Shown here one piece after another: positions 59,301 to 64,000 of a stretch of 64,000 nt of DNA. The position numbers were made by a program, and so were the translations under genes. The number at the start of each line of letters is the position of its first letter. The stretch's first letter is position 1. Source of the DNA: Phoronis australis. Its lineage: Eukaryota; Animalia; Phoronida. Location: assembly GCA_002633005.1 (NCBI GenBank), contig NMRA01000176.1, positions 628,175-692,174 of the forward strand. The letters run 5' to 3'. Below the pieces are notes generated by a model. It was not told where the DNA came from. It saw nothing but the letters and a program-made list of their open reading frames with translations, and searched no databases.

Positions 59301-62300
59301 CCAAGTCAGAAATCAATCATTGACTTGGCATCGACTAGATAAGCACTATTTGCCTGTTCTTCACTGCATTGTACGAAATTCACTTATTTCTGTATGATCT
59401 AATCCAATACTTACTAAAACTTCTGTGTAAGTTTAAGATAAGACCGTAAACAAAATTTGTGAATATTGTACCAAGTGACCGTGTTCACAACACACAGAAA
59501 CGCAATGTGCATGGAAATGTTATTTATCATGTTACACAATACAATGTTGATAGATGTTCAACAGCAAGGAAACACTTGTCTGGCAGACATGAGCATGACG
59601 ACTGTTAACAAAAAGGAACAACAACGTGTGAAGCTGAGTTATAAACTTGATTTTGGTAAAAAAAAACTTTTAATTCAGACCGTTTGTTACTTTAAAGCTG
59701 GTCGTGTTGTGTTTCTTAACTCAGATTAGAAGCGAATGCGGGGATTGGGACAAACATGAGGTTCGTGAATTGTTTAACAAGCATCACTTCGAGAGATAAG
59801 AAACTATAAACTCATCTTAAGCCCAAAATCATTTCTAACCTGTGTGAGGAAAAAAATTCTGATTAGAGTTTTATTTAGTTTTTGGTCAAAGTCAAAATTT
59901 AAGTTCCTTGATGAAATGTGGGTTAGTACTACCTTTAGCGGTGTTCCGGAAATTGCATGTTGTCCACAACGACTTTCTACCCAATTATTACATAAATAAC
60001 AAACATTAAAACTACCATTCAGCCCAGCCCTTTAAGTTGTAAATAGGATTTTCATGCCAACTGAACAATACCCCGACATGAAAACTAAGAGGGAAACACG
60101 TCCCTATCATGCTCTGGCAAGGAAATATAAAGACTTGTACGTTGGATGTTCGCTGTTACTCACAGCTGTGCTGAGAACAGGACTGATTGGGTGGACCTTA
60201 CTTATGTGCTACACAGTGTAGCTTGGTTAGCGATAGCCATAATACACGTGACTTGAAATGTGACACATACCACTCCAACCTCAGGAAACAGCATTAACAC
60301 TGTCTTTTAACAAAAGGAAAATAAAATTAAAAGTAGGAAGTACAAAAACAGAACTAAACAAAACACTACATCCAAAACACCCACTGCATAGGACTACTCA
60401 AGCCAGTAATCCACTTACCTCTAATTTTTGGGAGATTTGCTTTAAAAAACCAATAAGAATTGCTCACTAAAACACACTGGAACTCAAACAAACAGACAAC
60501 CAAGGGTGAAAAGATACCTAGTTGAAATGTAGCGCTTTACTGAGGAACGAGGCATTTCAAAAAGACAGATTCGAGAGGAAATATCTACGTGTGTATTTGA
60601 AACTGGGAACACACCTGTATGTTTTACAATAATTGTAAGATGCAGATAATGCCTTGGTCACGTACAGCCTGCGACACCAATCCGATGAGTTTTGTCACAG
60701 AAAAATTGTTACATAAACCGACAATCGGAGAAGGCTGGGTGTCGATGTTAAAAACCCCCAATCATCACTACTCATCTGATCAGTGTCGCAAGATGGTGCC
60801 AAGCACTGCCATTAACGTGACGAAGGCATATGGCCAGCACACGCTGCATTCACTGCTGAAAATGTTAACAAATTCGCTCCTTCCCTTTAACTGTAAACCT
60901 ACCTGGACAACAGAGGCTTCTCCGAGAGGCACATCATCAGATTTTAGTGCCACCTTTTGGACAATAGCACTGGAATCTGCCTCCAGAACGATTCTGAAAC
61001 ATAATGGCGAGTTTGTGTTCTAATGAAGGGCGAACGACTCAGAAATCAATTGACTACTGGGGGCTCTTTCAGAAACGTCCATCACAGTGAATTCGCGTCC
61101 ACAAACAACCACAAATAGGGATTAGTCGGAAAAAAGTGGTGTGATAACTAAAGGCTGCTTCAAAAAATTGTATTCTGCCGCCTGTAGCTAGCACCCTCAT
61201 TCAGCCATGGTCTGTTAAGGTATGATGTAAGCGGAAGGTATCACTTTGTAGACAGTTTGGCAATCATAAGAGAAGTCTGACAACAAAGTGACCAGTTTAA
61301 AAGTAACCAACGTGGCATATTTTAAGGATATTTTTAAAGGTAAAAATCTGAATGTATTCAGATCTTGTTCACATGTTCCACATGTACCAGACATGCAAAA
61401 CCATTAACAAAGAGACTTCATGTTTTTTGGAACATCACTTACGATGCCCCGTGAGAGCATTTTACTGGTGCCGGCTTTTCAAAAACCACCTATACCATAA
61501 AACAACCTTTTGAACAAATCACAACATGGTCAAATGTTTGGCTATGTGTAACATTTCTTTGATAGCGATATGCTTAGGAATATTCCTTTTGGAGGCACCT
61601 GTGATTTAAATCTATTGAAATTCGAGTAACATTTAACAAACACTGACTTCGATACCATGAGCAATCTTTGAGAAATGTGTATGGTATGCTGCGTGTCACA
61701 TTTTTTAAGGCCTTGCTTAATATTTTCAAAAATAGTTTTCAACATTAAACGCACAACCTTCGAGTGAAGGAGTAAAATAATAAAGAACCCTGAACAGGGC
61801 CAGTCTCAGTCTTACCCTCCGTCACATATCTCGTCTACGGCCAGGAATACGCCATCTAAATTGTCGAGTAGGACTCTCTTCTCAACGTTCTTCCGCAACA
61901 TCTGACTGATGGCGTCGTAGAATGCATTCAGCACATTGGCCAGTATTAGCTGTTAAAATGTATGGCATCGTAAAATGCATTCAGCACATTGGCCAGTATT
62001 AGCTGTTAAAATGTATAGCATCGTAGAATGCATTCAGCACATTGGCCAGTATTAGCTGTTAAAATGTAGACATCAACATGTATGTGAGACAGATTGTACC
62101 GGGAATTTCCAAATAGAAGCCTACTCAAAACGTCGCCGATGGGCATATATTGGGAAGATTTCCTAAAAAGAATGCCCATGGATGCATTTTTGGTAACTGT
62201 TGCATGTTTTAAAAAACCTGATGGATTGTTCTAAAATATGTATATGTTTTGATGCAAAATTCTATTAATTTTGAAAGGGACAAAATATTTTTGAATCCTG

Positions 62301-62922
62301 ATTTCACTTCATATGACTAACATTGATATTGTTTGACTTTGTTGGTAACTAACTGCATTAGCACAGTATGAAGGATAATTTTAACAACACGGATTACACC
62401 CTTTTCTGAAAAGTATGCCTATATTCAGTTTCATCTGACATTTTTGAATGGTAGTTTTCGAAACATACGCCCATGGGCCTATTTTCGGAAATTCCCAGTG
62501 ATAAAAAGTTGATGCGCGGCAAGATGAAAAACATGATTGTGGAAAACTAATTTTAATCCAATGGAATTTTGTGAAACAACATTTTTACCTAATTCCCACA
62601 AGAACGGATTGCATCTTTCTCTTTGCTAACTTAAAAAAAAGTAAAAAACAACAGAACCATAAATCATGGTGTGAGAGCGAAACGTAGTGCAAAACGAAAT
62701 GAGTCAATTTTGCCAGGCAAATTGCACTAAAACAAAATTAAAATTGCATCTGACAATGTTATTATTTACCATTATTTGTATGATCAGATGTCCGATGAGC
62801 CTTAAAGTGATTCTCAACATTAAAACGTACCTCGTTTTCCTGTGCGCTGCCCACTACATAAAAGAATAAATCCACGTTGCTTCTGTACACACAGGTCAAG
62901 CCCTCAAACATTACAATCTCCG
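56329..62922 (-). CDS. COPZ1: Coatomer subunit zeta, 3' exons 62922-62831, 61949-61816, 60993-60903, 56376-56329; 5' exons lie beyond the window
   Basis: Spliced peptide [30 protein letters not shown]|[45 protein letters not shown]|[30 protein letters not shown]|[15 protein letters not shown]; GT-AG introns with consistent phases. Confidence 0.96.
61909..62067. repeat. 53-bp tandem repeat x3 spanning a COPZ splice acceptor
   Basis: AT(G/A)GC(G/A)TCGTA(G/A)AATGCATTCAGCACATTGGCCAGTATTAGCTGTTAAAATGT at 61909, 61962, 62015. Confidence 0.95.
62097..62500. mobile_element. Intronic MITE with CACTG-like terminus
   Basis: TACCGGGAATTTCCAAATAG ... CTATTTTCGGAAATTCCCAGTG inverted termini; TSD not evident. 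Confidence 0.55.
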
Positions 62923-64000
62923 CTAAAAAAAATACAAAAATTAACAGCAATGCGGTACACACTCAACTCCGCTAAACACTGCTCCCTTTACAAATTAACG
63001 GAAAATTGCCTTGGAAACAAATCATTCATCTCTTGTTTTATTATTCAACTTTGCATAAAACTACAGTAAGTCTACACTTATTTCACACACAAAGAATTGA
63101 CAAAACTAATTTTCCATTTTTCAAAGGCATGTTACTTTACTGCAAATATTGGAAAATTTGCCAAAAAATTATTTTATCGTATCAACACGGTACAAACCAT
63201 GCTAGTGCTAAACTAAAAATTTCTGCATATTTTTACGAAGGAATTTGATAAAAAATTGAATTGTTGGTCATATTGCGTGCTAAATTTGTGAAGAATTACT
63301 GTAACAGTAGTCCTAATGTTTATCCAAATTAGCAACTCATGCCACTTATTGATTTGCATCATCTGATTTCGGTGTTGCACACCTGACAATAGAGTCACAT
63401 GACCAAATGGATGATTCGCTAAGATCGAACTCGCATGGAGAGTGCACTGTTGCTATGGAACTGAGACAAAACTTGTCACTTATACACTAATTCGCATAGT
63501 ATTAGGTCTAGGTAGCAAATATACAAATCCATTAACCAAAATAACAAGCCACTGTGACTACAAAACTTAAATCAGGACTCGGCAATTGACCAATCGAAGC
63601 CTGCGATTCTGGAAAAACTGCTCGAAGCCTGGCATGTGTGGTCATGGGCTTTGGTCCTCATTAGTTGGTGGAGAATACATACTTGGAAGATTTTAGACTC
63701 GACTAGCTCTTGGCAGATTGCTAAAAACTTAAAAATCAAATTCTACTTTCTTTCTATTTTCAGAAAAAGCACTGCTACTGAGCTAAATTTTATGCTTTTG
63801 TAGATATTTGGCTGAATGTAAACATGTCTAAATAAGGTCTTAAAGTAACCTTAACTTATTGTCATAGTGACAACAGGCATCACAATAGCGACCGTGTATG
63901 ATTGGCGAGGTTGTTTCTGTAAAAACTACCGTAATCGTTCGGGTTAGCGCCCTGGGCGGTTAAATTGGCGAATCCAAAAAATCGGGGGAGGGCGGTTAAC

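Noticed and set aside
61909-62067. 53-bp repeats as CRISPR-like array
   Set aside because: No spacers; it is a tandem duplication of an exon boundary.

Overview
Eukaryotic (metazoan, probably marine invertebrate/lophotrochozoan-like; inference) genomic DNA, AT-rich, intron- and repeat-rich, from a draft assembly with N gaps (10617-10787, 11514-11522) and single-N joins (8022, 40843, 45547). Reading splice sites by hand gives four host genes: a probable first coding exon of hyccin/FAM126 (minus, 2946-2984), mitochondrial ribosomal protein L10 (plus, 4 exons 14608-18869, first exon unresolved), a 16-exon ~724-aa type I membrane protein with two ependymin/LolA-like ectodomain repeats (minus, 24983-40133), and the last four exons of coatomer zeta (minus, 56329-62922). 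Mobile DNA includes a young Mag-like Ty3/Gypsy LTR element, two Kolobok-type TTAA/THAP elements, a decayed hAT element with a 5-bp TSD plus related MITEs, Penelope-like fragments carrying a U3-A8 hammerhead-like motif, tRNA-derived SINE heads and several foldback MITEs. Two short duplications at N joins look like filled and empty alleles of transposon insertions assembled in tandem. No prokaryotic-type system or CRISPR array is present; most short ORFs in the track are noise.
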